A stretch of DNA of 64,000 nucleotides. Source: Lama guanicoe (taxonomy: Eukaryota). Shown one piece after another: positions 14,091-26,149 of this stretch. Position 1 is the stretch's first letter. Every line of letters begins with the position of its first letter. A program made the translations under genes and the position numbers. The stretch is from contig MU054400.1 in assembly GCA_013239625.1 (NCBI GenBank), forward strand, positions 3,845,802 to 3,909,801, in the 5' to 3' direction. Under the pieces are notes generated by a model. The model did not search any database and was not told the DNA's origin. It was given only the letters and a program-made list of their open reading frames with translations.

Positions 14091-14179
14091 AATGGCTGGA
14101 AACTGAATGTCAATGTTTACATCTGAAGTTTTGAAGCCCAATCTGCTATAGGATGACCCATATAATCTCAGAGAACAAT
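14091..14179 (-). CDS. TUT7: TUT7 exon 6, 89 nt
   Basis: (D)CSLRLYGSSYSRLGFKTSDVNIDIQFPAI; ttttcag acceptor, GTAAGT donor. Confidence 0.95.
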
Positions 14180-15112
14180 CTGAAAACATAAGTAAAATGA
14201 AAATAAATGTCATAAATAAAGTAAACTTTCTCAAACACGACACTGCTATTTCAGAAATAGAATGATCAATTAAAATCATACACAAAAAGCAAAATAGTAT
14301 GCAAATCTGGCATAAACAGGGACAGGAATGGGTAACTCTTTGCTCTTGCCTTCATTTTATTTTATGTAAAAGGAAAGGCTGTTTAGTTTAATAGCCACTC
14401 TCTTCATGTCAGTTGTAAAGCATGTTAAAAAAATTACTACATTATTATTTCACATTTTGTGCAGAAAATAAATACTTCACTGATTTTTAAAATGTGAAAT
14501 TAAAACAGATGCCTAACTTTGTTTTGCAATTACAAACCTGACAGTATACTAATGGGTTAATGCAAACATTTCACCTTTTTCAAGGCACATGTAGGTGTAA
14601 TTTACTATAAAGATCATGTTTCAGTAAAACAATAATCATAAAAAATCAGCATAAAGTTACTTTTCAACATGAATACTCATTACACTATGAACAAAAAGCT
14701 TAATTTAACATAATATAATCCCTTTATGACAATTTTTGAAAAATACTTATAATATTACTGATATAACTTAAAATGCTAGATAGCAAATGACTCACTCTTC
14801 AGAGGAAGACGTGTAATATACATGCACCTCCTGTATTTATTTTATGACATTTCCCCCCCAATGTTTTTTACTACCGTTGTGCCAAAAAATTATCCCTTCT
14901 CGTCAGGGGACTTTGCAGTGTTTTTTCAGGTTTAAGTCAAGTGTTTTCTTTGGGTTTTATAGTTTTCCATGACAAAGCACATTCAATTTTACAATGGAAA
15001 TCTATGACAAAAATCAAAATTACAAATGACTTTTCAGGAACCTATCTACAACATAAAGGATGAGATACCTATATAAGTAAATGAGCAAGCTTTTACCCTT
15101 TACTTTTATGAA

Positions 15113-15160
15113 CACACACACATGTATATATATGTACATATATATATATATATATATATG
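15113..15160. repeat. (CA)n/(TA)n microsatellite
   Basis: Seen directly. Confidence 0.85.
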
Positions 15161-15509
15161 AACATGAATGATATACTATATGAACAATCTTTCAGTAGAA
15201 CAAACAGTCCTATGGTTGGTATGGTGTTAAATTTAAAAAGTAATTTCAACCCTAGCTATGGATCAGAATCAATGTGGAGTTTTCTAAAAAATAGTTTTTT
15301 ATATCTTCACAGATATAACTTGAAAAATGAATTCAGCAGTATACAAAATCTATCACAAATTTTCTAAAATTCAAAACCCATTTTAGATGGTGCAATTCTT
15401 TTGAGGGTAGTTAAACAGAAACTTTTTTGGACACAGATAACCTAAAAATGACTCCAGAATACTTCTCTTAATTTTAACTCAAAATATTGTGTCAATTTAA
15501 ATAGGTAGA

Positions 15510-15665
15510 AAGGTGTGGTGATCATTTTGTAATGTACAAAAATATTGAATCACCATGTCGTACACCTGAAACTAATATAGCGTATGTCAATTATCCTTTA
15601 ATAAATAAATAAATAAAACTAAACTTAGAGACATAAAATAAATAAATAAATAGGTAAACAAATAC
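15510..15665 (+). mobile_element. Short L1 3' end with (ATAA)n tail
   Basis: ggtgatcattttgtaatgtac...tacacctgaaactaatata...gtcaattat. Confidence 0.75.
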
Positions 15666-15923
15666 ATACACAAGAGTCCCACAGTGCTCCAGTAATATGG
15701 GGCATTTAACTTAAAGTAAGTGGACACAATGAAATTCATGATGAAGACAGGAATAATGACAATGCACGTAAGCCAGGAAAGCCAGGAAAAACAAAAACAC
15801 ACGAAATATTACGAGCTTCAGGACATGGCAAATCAATTTCTATTAAGCACAAATTTCTACTGGTAGGAAAAATGAACAGGGTACTTTTAGGTAGCTAAAA
15901 AGAAAAACAAATCTAGAAAATAC

Positions 15924-16101
15924 CTGGTAACTTGTATTGGAACGCATTTTCCATGATACGTTTAATTTCTAGTCTCTGTTCCAAGTTCTCACTGTGTAAG
16001 CCAAACTCCTGTACCACTTTGTCAATGGCAATACCAATTGCATTTATCTGGGAGGGTGTAGGTGGGGGCAACGTGGTGAGCAACTCTTCCTCCTGCTTCT
16101 C
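15924..16101 (-). CDS. TUT7: TUT7 exon 5, 178 nt
   Basis: EKQEEELLTTLPPPTPSQINAIGIAIDKVVQEFGLHSENLEQRLEIKRIMENAFQYKLP; AG/GT boundaries, phase 0 to 1. Confidence 0.95.
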
Positions 16102-16600
16102 CTTTTAAGATCAATGTTGAGATTAAAAACGACTCAGAGTTTTTACCTTCTACCATTCACTGAGACAACACCCTGCAGAATATTCTGGAATATTTTTCTT
16201 AGCCCTCCTCACTTTTGCTGTGTTAGTCTTCATCTTATCAAACACACACACTTCTTTACGCACATAAAGTGATAACAGAGGGAAGGCCAGAATAAGGAAA
16301 AAGTGTAAAGAAGGAACATTAAAAACAGCAATGGCAAATTATTTGCTTTATTATTACTGGCATAAGGACATATACCTAGTCCTACCAATGGCGTCATTCA
16401 TCCTGACACCGTCCTTCAGGAAATTCACAAGACTGCCCAGTAAAACATATCTGACCAGTATAAAGTATTTTGGCTAAAATAAGTTCAGTGATATAAATAG
16501 TAAGATTATTAGTATCATAATCTGAAGGAAAAGAAAGTCATAAAGATATCAAGTAATAACTGACAAGTACACATATTTGTTTGGTTTCCATTAAACTTAC

Positions 16601-16717
16601 CTTCATGTTTTTCTTGTGCCTCTTCTCTTTGATATGCTTATGAGCAAATGCAATGGATTCAATTAAAACATCACAAAGTCTGCAGGTGTACTTTGCTGTA
16701 GGGTAGTTTCTCGGTCG
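16601..16717 (-). CDS. TUT7: TUT7 exon 4, 117 nt (matrin-type C2H2 zinc finger)
   Basis: RPRNYPTAKYTCRLCDVLIESIAFAHKHIKEKRHKKNMK; TAG acceptor, GTAAGT donor. Confidence 0.95.
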
Positions 16718-16743
16718 CTATAATTCGAAGAGATTTATAGAGA

Positions 16744-16744
16744 C

Positions 16745-16775
<31 letters not shown>

Positions 16776-16812
16776 TATACACAAACATATTTATAGATAT
16801 ATATAGAGAGAA
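16744..16812. repeat. (TA)n(CA)n microsatellite next to the exon 4 acceptor
   Basis: Seen directly. Confidence 0.85.
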
Positions 16813-17070
16813 AGAGACAAAATACAGGTAAACAAAAATTCACCAGAAGATGATTTCCCATTTATTTTAAAATTGTTCATATATCACTGTCACTTTATCA
16901 CTATGCTAATAGTAATTTATTAAAGTAATTCTATTAAGTCAAACTGAATATCACTTTTGTAGTGCTTAAATATCAAAGTAGGATACATAATTCATCAAAG
17001 TACATACTCCTAATTACCAACACATTTTAAACCAAAACAAGGATCTTAACTAACAAATAAAGGGTGTTAC

Positions 17071-17252
17071 CCTTTTCAGCCTGTCGATGCAGTCTCTTTT
17101 CAGTCGCTCCTCAGCCTGCTGTAAGCCCAGCAGCTCCTTCATTGAAAGCACAGACTCGTCGATCACAGGGCCTTCCAAATCTCCATCCTGTTCATTGTCT
17201 TCATTTCTAGTCCTCCGTGGCTTCCTAGGTCTGGACCTCTGTTTCTTGTTTT
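17071..17252 (-). CDS. TUT7: TUT7 exon 3, 182 nt
   Basis: (E)NKKQRSRPRKPRRTRNEDNEQDGDLEGPVIDESVLSMKELLGLQQAEERLKRDCIDRLKR; AG acceptor, GTAACA donor. Confidence 0.95.
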
Positions 17253-17769
17253 CTTAAGTTAGGAGAAAAATATTACTGGCAATATTGAATAATACCACTC
17301 TGAGTAAAAAGCAGAACTTACAGGTTTATTAATGAAATCCTGCAATATCTGAATGACATCTGAACACAGAGCAAAAGGAAAGATATAGCTCTCCTACGGA
17401 TAAATTGATTGAATATTTATTAAGCACCTCACATCTGGATACATCTATTCAGAGAAACTGTATTTTTGGAAACCTTAGAAGAATACTACTTCAATCAGAC
17501 ACTGATTTTATCATCTTTCTGATATACTGTTGAACATACTCAAGCAGTAGTAAAAATTATCTTTTGAAGGCAAGTATACCTGAACAATCTCAACAGAGCA
17601 AAGATGGACAATGTATCTTCAGAGAACTCAGAAATCAACTACATTTTTAACTAGAATTAAAAATCACTATTTAATTGCAAAGTTAGCATTGGGCCCTCTC
17701 CCCACATTGATATCAAGAAGTCCATGCCAAAACTTTATTTATTGAGGACAACTATTATCCATTTTATCC

Positions 17770-17919
17770 TAGGAGGGCATAGCTCAAGTGGTAGAGCACA
17801 TGCTTAGCATGCATGGGTCCTGGGTTCAATCCGCAGTACCTCCAACAAATAAATAAATAAATCTAATTACCTCCCCTCCAAAAAAAAAAAAAAAAAACCC
17901 AACAACAAAAAACAAAAAA
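17770..17919 (+). mobile_element. tRNA-derived SINE (vic-1-like) with 10-bp TSD
   Basis: GGCATAGCTCAAGTGGTAGAGC...GGGTTCAATCC, poly(A); TSD ccattttatc at 17759-17768 and 17920-17929. Confidence 0.9.
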
Positions 17920-20900
17920 CCATTTTATCTTTACTTTCACTTTAGCTTCTTTGAATGTCTGCACAATGAGCACATTTCAAAGAAAAAAAGACAATTAGTA
18001 GTTTAAATAAAAGTTTTTTTCCAAACAGACTAATTTCATTTGCTTATAAACTCTGGGGTTAGTTCTATAATCCTTATAACTAATAAAGAATCTATTCCTT
18101 TTTTGAAACTTGTAACTTAACTTCAGTGAAACAAGATGCTTGAGGGATTGATCTACAAAAAATTGTTTAAAATAGCTTTGGTAACTTCTATCAAGTTCTG
18201 AAGTGAAGCTACTAGTAACACATAAGAGTACAATGAAATTCAATTTGTCAATTAAAATTGTGCTAAGAGGACTGAGTAGTTTTTAAGTGGCTTACCAAAA
18301 ATTATTCTCTAAAAATATAAACCTATTGAAATGCTCTGCATGAGGCAATTGCTAGATCGGCTTTTCAGTGGAACTCATTACTTGTATAGCAGGTATAATG
18401 AATCAATTGATTGAAAAAAATTGTTAGGAAAGGAGGGTTAACTGGACCTCTAATATTGAGAAAAGCTATCACCAACAGCTCTAAAGGAAAAACAGCAAGC
18501 ATTGTGCTCAAACTATCTTAAGATGAATACAATGAAATTCTGCAAACAGCTTCTATACTACAATAAAGCAGCAATTTAAAAAAATTAAAGAAGTATTAAG
18601 ACAAATACACTTACTTTAAAAAAGCAATCAAACTGGACCAGACAAATAAAATACTAAAAAATAAGTAGTCATTCGAAGAGAAAATCAGTCTATTGCTTTT
18701 TTCATTAAATTATCACAATCTCTTAAGGACAGTACTCTTGGTCTGCATGAACTTTTGAGATAAGCACTTCTTTTAACTTAGAGGTATGTCTATTCTCATT
18801 TAATTTGCTTATCATTACTAACTAAATAATTGCATCTGACTTCAGGATTCAGGGTAGAAGTTTCTTAGGCAAACACTCATTAAAGATTTACACTAACACG
18901 TGCAATACCTGTTAGAAATGTCCATTATTAGTTCACAAAACAGAAACTGATACGAAACCAAATCTTTTTAACCCCTTCTCTCTTGATCACAAAGGCTTCT
19001 CAATATAATTATATTTGCTATCATCTTCTAGAAAGAGTGACTTTAATTTCCCTCCAAAGAGCAGTTAACACTTGATAGTTTTTATACAGAGAAGTGGATG
19101 GCTGCAGAAGTTTTGTCTGATGATAGTAACTGCGGTTACCAATGCTGAGTATTTTATCATGTGACAGATGCAATTCAGGCACTCTATGTACACTGCCTCA
19201 GTTTAACCCCTATGGTGATCTGGTCACGAACGCTAATATTACCCCTACTATACAGAAGGGGAAAATGCTGGTCCAAGAAAATAGGTAACTTGTCCAGGGA
19301 CACATGACTAAGTCAAATAAAGGATCTGAAACAGATTAAAGCACGGATGGAATTTTCAAATTCAGCTTTCTGTCTGACAATATAAGGACTGAAAGGAACT
19401 TACTAAAATTCCTTCCTGTAGCGTACCTGTTCACATCTGAAATAGATTAGGATTAACAAGGCCATATAACCTTCTGAACTGAGTTTCACAGGCCTGCATG
19501 TGAAACAGTCAAATAAAAACAGTCAAATAAAATCTCACTGGAGGGAATTTAGGAAGGCAAAGGTGGATGTTGTTAAAGAATTCCCATAATTACTTAGAGG
19601 AAGACTCTTGGCTCATCCCAGGTTTTTGTAGTAACATGAATTCTCGATATACAGTATTCTAAGTTTCTCATATTTTATTTGCATATGGGCCATTATTCTA
19701 TTCATAAAAGGACATGTGTATTTGAGTGGGTGTTTTCTACCTAAGATCATTAATGGCATTGTCCCAAATATATTAAATTGGCAACCTAGGGTATTTGAGG
19801 GATGAAGTAGGAGCAGTAATGTAGAACTGAAAAACAGAAAGTACAAAGCAACTCTAAGAGAATTTTCATTACATCCTCTTACATCATTTAGTAGGAACTT
19901 TATTTTCAGTCCCTTTAATGAGATCCTTTTTAGGATCCTCTAGGTACACTGCAAGGTTTATATGCTAAACTAAATCTCTCTCTACAGTAAGCAATGTTAT
20001 GCCAAAGCTTAGTATTTCCTTCATGAAGATTTTCAAGGTTTAGAAACTGAATAGTCCTTCATTTGGAGACTGGGAAAGTACACACCTGTAATTTCATATG
20101 GAGAAAACCCGGGAGTTTTTGATTATCTTCAAGAAAAATACAGGAAAAAAACTGTAGTTCCTACTCAAAACCACTCAAAAAAACTAAAGTAAGTTGCTTT
20201 TAAGGCTAAATAGGAATACAGAATAAGAGGTTTTTGATCTGTAAACAGCCTCTTTTAGTATCTGGTTGCAAACTTTTGACCTGTAAATCTTTCTTTTTAC
20301 AATGCTGCTCAAGACCAACTTTTTCTTTTCTGAAAGACCCACAATTGGTAACTAAATTAAAATGCCCATGCCCTGCCTGGACACAGTAATATGGAAACGT
20401 TTAAAGATATGCAAACTTTTAAAATTGAAAGCCCAGAAATTATGAATACGTGTTCAGCTTCTGTCAGATTCCAGGTTCAGTAAGGCTGAGTTCATGGCCA
20501 GAGGAGCACAGTACACGATTTCAGTTCCACTTCCTCATCTACCATTCTTTGTAAACAAGGCTGGATAAATTTAACCTCTCCGGAGCCACAGCTGCCTGCT
20601 TTGTGAAATCGTGACTCTACCTTTGATGTGTCATGACGGAGCACTGTGTCAGACAATTCCTTCAAGTTCTCTCTGGCTTAAAGATTTACCAGGCTGAGCT
20701 TTTGCCCTTCCCTTCTGTTTGATTCCTTTATAACTGAGGTCTGTTGCTGTTTTATGATACATGGCATTTTCTCTTGCATTTCCTATCTTAAAAAATATAA
20801 AACAGCACCTTTTCTCTCATTTAAAACTATCCTAAGACCCACTGAAGATAAAAAAATGTCTTTTTCCCTGTTAAGTATTCTAAACATCCAGATCAAAAAT

Positions 20901-21988
20901 GCAAATGCCTTATAGGTAATATATATATATATATGTATATGTATATAAACTGGTCACTGTGAGATAAGAAGAAGGAAGAGGGTTTCTGGAGGCCTAGAAA
21001 GTGCCAATGTTACCTGAAAGCATTGAAATTAAAAAAATGTTTAAAGTGCTGGCCACTTTGCAACCCATTAAAAGTGCTGGCCACTTAAAAAAAAAGGCTT
21101 ACAGCCAATAAACTTAAAAGCCCATTTTTTCCAAGAATAATTTTCCAAGCATCATCTGTATTTTCAGACTAAATATTACCTTATCTTTTCCTTCAAATTT
21201 ATGACTGTATTTCATTTCAGCACATATAGCCCATCAGGTAAAAATAATCTTCCCATTTATGGAAGTTATTGGTACATGGACAAAATCTATTCACCTTTTA
21301 GAAAAAGGTATAAATAATAACTCTGAGGCAATTATTATTGAGCAAATAGGGCACTCAGAAATGGGTCTTGGTTTTACTGAAACTAAAAGGCAAAACTTTT
21401 ATCTGAATTTCTGACTTTCTAAACTTTGTGCTTTTCAACCTGTTTGCCATGTTGCACTTTTGAGAAAAAAAAAATCTTGCAAATCTTCTCTGGAGACTGA
21501 TGTTCCACTCAAAAGACACATTCCCTCTGTAGCAGGATATATATACAGTCTAGATTGTATTTTTACAGTGAATAAGCTTTTTTTAAACTTTATATTCTGT
21601 CATTTGTATCATGGGCACCTTAATTATCCAAGTATAAAACTATATTACATGATTTAGAAAATACACACACAACACTCAGAAATTATGATATATCCCCAGG
21701 GGAATATTGATCACCATCTTCTGTAAAATGCACCAATAGGAAATTTGTTTTTACTAAAGTAAAATGAGCCTTGTGGCAAAGTAAACTTTTAAAGGGACCA
21801 ATACATGCACTTCGGGCTGTTGAAGCTGCCCAAATAACATGATTACAATCCTGAAAATAATCACATTAAATTAGCAGAAACTATGAAAAACTAGAACTAT
21901 ATTGCTGAAAATAATAAAATTCACTTGAATGAAAGAGAAAAGACATTGCTGACTTCAGGGTTGTAACTTGACAAGCTGGAAACATTAC

Positions 21989-22508
21989 CAGGACTTCCTG
22001 CTTCCATTTCTGACATGGTTTCCAGGCTTGTCAGGTCTTTATGAAACAGTCGTCTTACAGTTCTGTAGCCTCTTCCGTCTTGCCACCTATATCCATCTTC
22101 ACTTTCTTGAAAAGAGTCCTTTCTTGGTCGGTTTATAACAGGAATTCTAGGTCCAGGTTTGAATTCTCTCCAACTGTCTGAATTCCCAGCAAGTTCATCA
22201 GATAGCCTTCTCTTACTCTGATCTTTGTGGTTGTCATTTATCCAAGCAGGCTGACTGTAAATTGGGTTCTTAAATGCATATGGATTGCTGGAAACAGCAT
22301 AAGGTCCTTTTCTGGGGGTATTCCCATAGTTCCCTGGTATTACTTTTTTTTTTGGAAGGCCTTTTTCCATTTTACTGCTATGGCCTTTAGCATAATCATC
22401 CATTATTAAATAATCTTGTTGCGAGTGACCCCTTCTGAAATCCTCATCATCTGTAGCCCCTCGCTCTTTAGTACGCTTCACAAAATAAGGTTTGGCGGCA
22501 TCTCCCAT
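21989..22508 (-). CDS. TUT7: TUT7 exon 2 coding part (exon begins at 22539; ATG at 22508), 520 nt
   Basis: Acceptor ctttcag|G before 22539, strong Kozak aagaccATGG, MGDAAKPYF...EAGSP, donor G|GTAATG after 21989. Confidence 0.95.
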
Positions 22509-22999
22509 GGTCTTTGACTTCAATTTTCTTACTCTGCACCTGAAAGAAGGCATTTTGGAGAAACATCAAACTGCAACAAGATACCATACCAAGTACACAA
22601 AATACGACACATTTACTGCAAATACTCAAAAGCGTGTAAGAAACTCTTCTTTTCCATCACATCCCAATAGTCAGTGCATTATGCTAGAAGTTAGGAGGCT
22701 TAGTCCTATAACTAATTCATGAAAATTAGTTTAGTATTCACTATTTAACATCAAGATTAAATTTGCCTTAGAAACTATAGTATAAAAAATGTCACTCATA
22801 CCAAGCTGGTTGGCTTTTACCTATACAACAAAAGCTTTTCTTTTTAACGCCCCCAACCCCCCAAAACCTAAATACCTCACCCCAAGCCTGTACTTTAGAG
22901 AACTCCCAAAATAGTCTTTTGAAGACAAGATGGCAATTACTTTTAAATGTTAAACAAAGTAACCGAAACTTTCTGCGGGTGTAGTACATCTCTGAACTC

Positions 23000-24200
23000 C
23001 ACTTTCCCGTCCCCTCTCCCTACCCCGGGGCCTCGGCCTTGCTCACCACTATTCAGAACGACAGGCTTCGATCAGCTCGGTTACAGAGGGGCTGGGCTCC
23101 CGACCAAGGCTCCGCTCCAGTCAGAGAGACTAGCTTTCCGACTAAGGGACAACTCCAGCTAACCTCTCTGTCCTCATCCTTTCACCCCAAACAAGTTTGG
23201 TTTTGTCAGGAACAGCAATTCTCCCTCTTCGATCCCCTTGTGACCGCCCCGCCCCGGATCTGCCTCAGTTTCCACCCTTCGAACCCGAGGCGGAAAAACA
23301 GGAGGCGTCTCCGCACTCCTAGCCACGAAGCCATCGCGGGGACCAGGAAGCAGGAAGTGACCTACCTCCTCAATGGGGTTCCGAGGTCCCACTGGCAGGA
23401 CAGGGGGCCAGGGCCGAGTGCCTCCACCCAGATCCCTTCTCCTCCTGCTCCCGCAGGGTCTGACACAAAGTGAAGATGCGGACTCGAGCCCGAGAGCTCA
23501 GTACCCGCCGGCCTGGGGGCTCCCAGGTCCTCGCAACTGGGGCAAGGAGGCCGGCGGGGGATGGAGACAACGTATCTCCCAGGCCGGGCCCGCCCTCCAC
23601 TCTAGAGACCGGAGAACCCACCGGAGACCCACGCCAGACAAGAGCCTGAGAGGAACGCGGGGGAAAAGGCACCTGAGAGGACTCACCACCTCCGCCGCGG
23701 TCCCCCGCCTCTTCCTGTCCCGGCAGGGCTCCCTCTCCGTATTTTCCTTCAGCCCCACTTCCGGCGCTCAGCGCTGTCTCATTGTGCGCGATTGGGAGCC
23801 GGCGGGGCCCCCGCCCGAGAGCTCCGCCGCGCACGCCGGAAACGCCCGCCGCCCCGCCCCTCCCACTTCCGCCGCCGCCGCAGCCCGGCGCGCGCGTCTT
23901 CCGGGCGTCAGGCGTCTGGTCTGGTTCGCATCGCTCACTCTCCTCAACTTTTCTCTCGGGGCGGTCCTCGCCTAGGCTCCTCTCTCTCGTAGGCCTCGAA
24001 AGCACCGGGAAGCGTGCGGGGAAGCCTCTCGTTCTCCGAGAGAGACCCAGAGCCCGCGGTGGGGGCGCAGCCGCACGCCCGGGTCGGCTCGGAGGCTCGG
24101 CTTTGCCCCTGGATGCTTCTGGTCGGTTCCAGAGCAAGTTCAGCCTGGGTCTGAGGCCTCGTGGCGCTTTTGCTGTTTTTCTGATAATTTGAGTGATTGA
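23000..24200. promoter_or_regulatory. CpG island / TATA-less TUT7 promoter
   Basis: Very GC- and CpG-rich against an AT-rich background. Contains ETS sites (CCGGAAGT on minus at 23757-23764, others near 23835, 23865, 23898), a CCAAT box (attgg 23791-23795) and several GC boxes. Confidence 0.9.
23687..23830 (-). other. TUT7: TUT7 exon 1 (non-coding 5'UTR); 5' end approximate
   Basis: Consensus donor GTG|GTGAGT (plus-strand actcac at 23681-23686) inside the CpG island; splices to the acceptor just before 22539. Confidence 0.75.
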
Positions 24201-25686
24201 ACGTCTCAGTGAGGTCTTAATTACCGACTCTCTAAAAACGCCAGCGTTTAAGCTTCCGCTGTTCACCCAGATCTCAGTGTAGTCAAGGGAAATGCTGTGC
24301 TTTTTTTTCTTGGATTGTGTACGGACTAGTGTCTCTTAAGAACAGAACTGTGTTTTGAAGAAAATGTATAATCGCAAAGGATGACCAAGAAGGGTCATAA
24401 CTTGAGTCTTTGAACGGCGAATGCATACCTGGAATTAGCAAACAGCTTGGGCTCTTTCCCTCACACTCCCCCATGTTTTCTTTTGACTGACGTTCCCTGC
24501 TGTCTGCAGTGTTCCAAATGCTTTGAAAGCCTCGAGCAACTAATATAATTAGGGAGCGTTGAGAACATGTGACAATTCTGACTTCTCTGCTTCTTAAGAA
24601 AATTTACATTTAAATCCATGAGATTCTGTGGGGATAATGGTCTTAAAATGAACACGTTAGTACTGGCTGTTGCCAGGCACTGTTCTGAGGGCTTTACAAA
24701 TGGTTACTCACTTAATCCATACGACAACTCCACTAGGAAAATACCATTATCCCCGTTTTTAAAGATGGAGAAGGAACATTTACGGTGAAGTAAATGGCAC
24801 CGCTGGAATCCAAACCCTGATGAGGCAGAGTCTGTTGTTGACCACTGTCTATACTAAAGGTGATTTAAAACAGGTAGGTGCAACTCTTGTATAATGTCTT
24901 ATCTAGATGCTCTGGTTATGGAAATACATGACAATCAAGCCAATCTGTTCGACATGCAGACAGTGGCCTTATATTGAGTCCAAAAAGAACGTGATGATAC
25001 ACAATTAACGTTTATTATATGCAATAGCAGCGCAGTCGCGTAATTCTGGATGGAAGGACTGGTTTAGGAAAAGTCAGCCTAAACTGTGTAGAATTCTGGA
25101 GGAGCAGGAGAGGGTACATCTTTTTAAGGGCTTAAAATATTTCTTACTTGCATTTTCTTCAGTGTGTTACCCAAAGCCTAACTTCTAAATGTGCTTTTAA
25201 GAGTCATCTTGAAGATAAATAGGCTCTCTAAAACGAGATGCAATCCTAATCAAAAGATATTGACAGATTAAGGTACCTCTTTCTGTCCATGTTGTACTGT
25301 AACGGGAATTTAAATTGGCCATGGGAATCCATAAAATCCAGTTGGAAAGTTTGGTTTGATTTTTCTTTGGATGTCACTGGAGGGGATACTGAGTTTTGCA
25401 GGAACTTTGTGCTGATGGCTCAAGGATGAAGACTTATTTCCAACAACTTGGAGCAGAAGTGTCCAGGCTGTCTGGTTTAGAGGACTTTATGGCTGCTCCC
25501 GGTGTTACAATGTGTCTTTTATCTTGAACCAGAAGCTTAACATTGTATTACATCTTGACAAGTCAACCTGTAACAAACCCAGTGCTCTTTTATCCTGTAG
25601 GGCCATGGAGTCAGGAGTGTGAAGAGTTGTATTCAGAGTTCTGTCAGCCAATTTTTTTTTGTAGTGCTTTTTATCCACTTTATTAG

Positions 25687-26145
25687 TGTGAAAGGAAAAT
25701 TAGAATGGAGTAGTCAGTATTGCTAAGAGAATTCTCTAAAATGGAGCTGGGAAGCTGTTGAGAAAGTGAGACTTAAGCATGTCTCAACTTGGATGGAATC
25801 CGAACTTTTGACCACTTATTATCTTAACATAGGCATCCAGAACATCAGTACGATGTTTCAGAAACATAAGATAGTTTTGGATCCTTACCCTAAATAATTT
25901 GTGACAGCCTATCCCTTAAGGACAAATATTTCCCTTTTTGCATCAGAGCCAATCATAATTCTTGCAAGAATTTTTACACCCTTGCAAGGACTTTAACAGC
26001 CTTGTGGCTTTTGCTTTTATAAGCCCCTAACTCTCTTCTCCAGAAGTCTTTGTTTTACCTGAATCTGTCTCCTGAATTGTAGTTCCTAAGACCCCAAATA
26101 AAGCTTTTTGTTCTTTGCAGCCTTGATACTGATTATTATTCAACA
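25687..26145 (+). mobile_element. Solo ERV1-class LTR (459 bp)
   Basis: TG...CA termini (tgtgaaaggaaaat...ttcaaca), 4-bp TSD ttag (25683-25686, 26146-26149), TATA-like ttataa near 26018, AATAAA at 26097-26102. Confidence 0.8.
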
Positions 26146-26149
26146 TTAG

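Larger units (their letters stand above)
1..23830 (-). other. TUT7: TUT7/ZCCHC6 gene, 5' portion (exons 1-11; truncated by the left window edge, TSS approximate)
   Basis: Spliced exons give MGDAAKPYFVKRTK...YTCRLCDVLIESIAFAHKHIKEKRH...LYGSSYSRLGFKTSDVNIDI...AFRYWAK...PVYLGSW, matching the TUT7 N-terminal half (matrin-type zinc finger plus inactive NTase of the LIN28-interacting module). All introns are GT-AG and phases join up. Confidence 0.97.

Noticed and set aside
17770..17845. tRNA gene
   Set aside because: tRNA-like SINE head with poly(A) and TSD; no proper acceptor stem.
21921..22553. 210-aa ORF as a stand-alone gene or N-terminal extension
   Set aside because: Its first ATG (22553) lies upstream of the exon 2 acceptor and its tail reads through the donor; it is simply TUT7 exon 2.
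23039..24266. Overlapping long ORFs (up to 298 aa) on both strands
   Set aside because: Low-complexity R/G/P/A-rich translations are expected from stop-codon scarcity in a CpG island; no recognisable domain.
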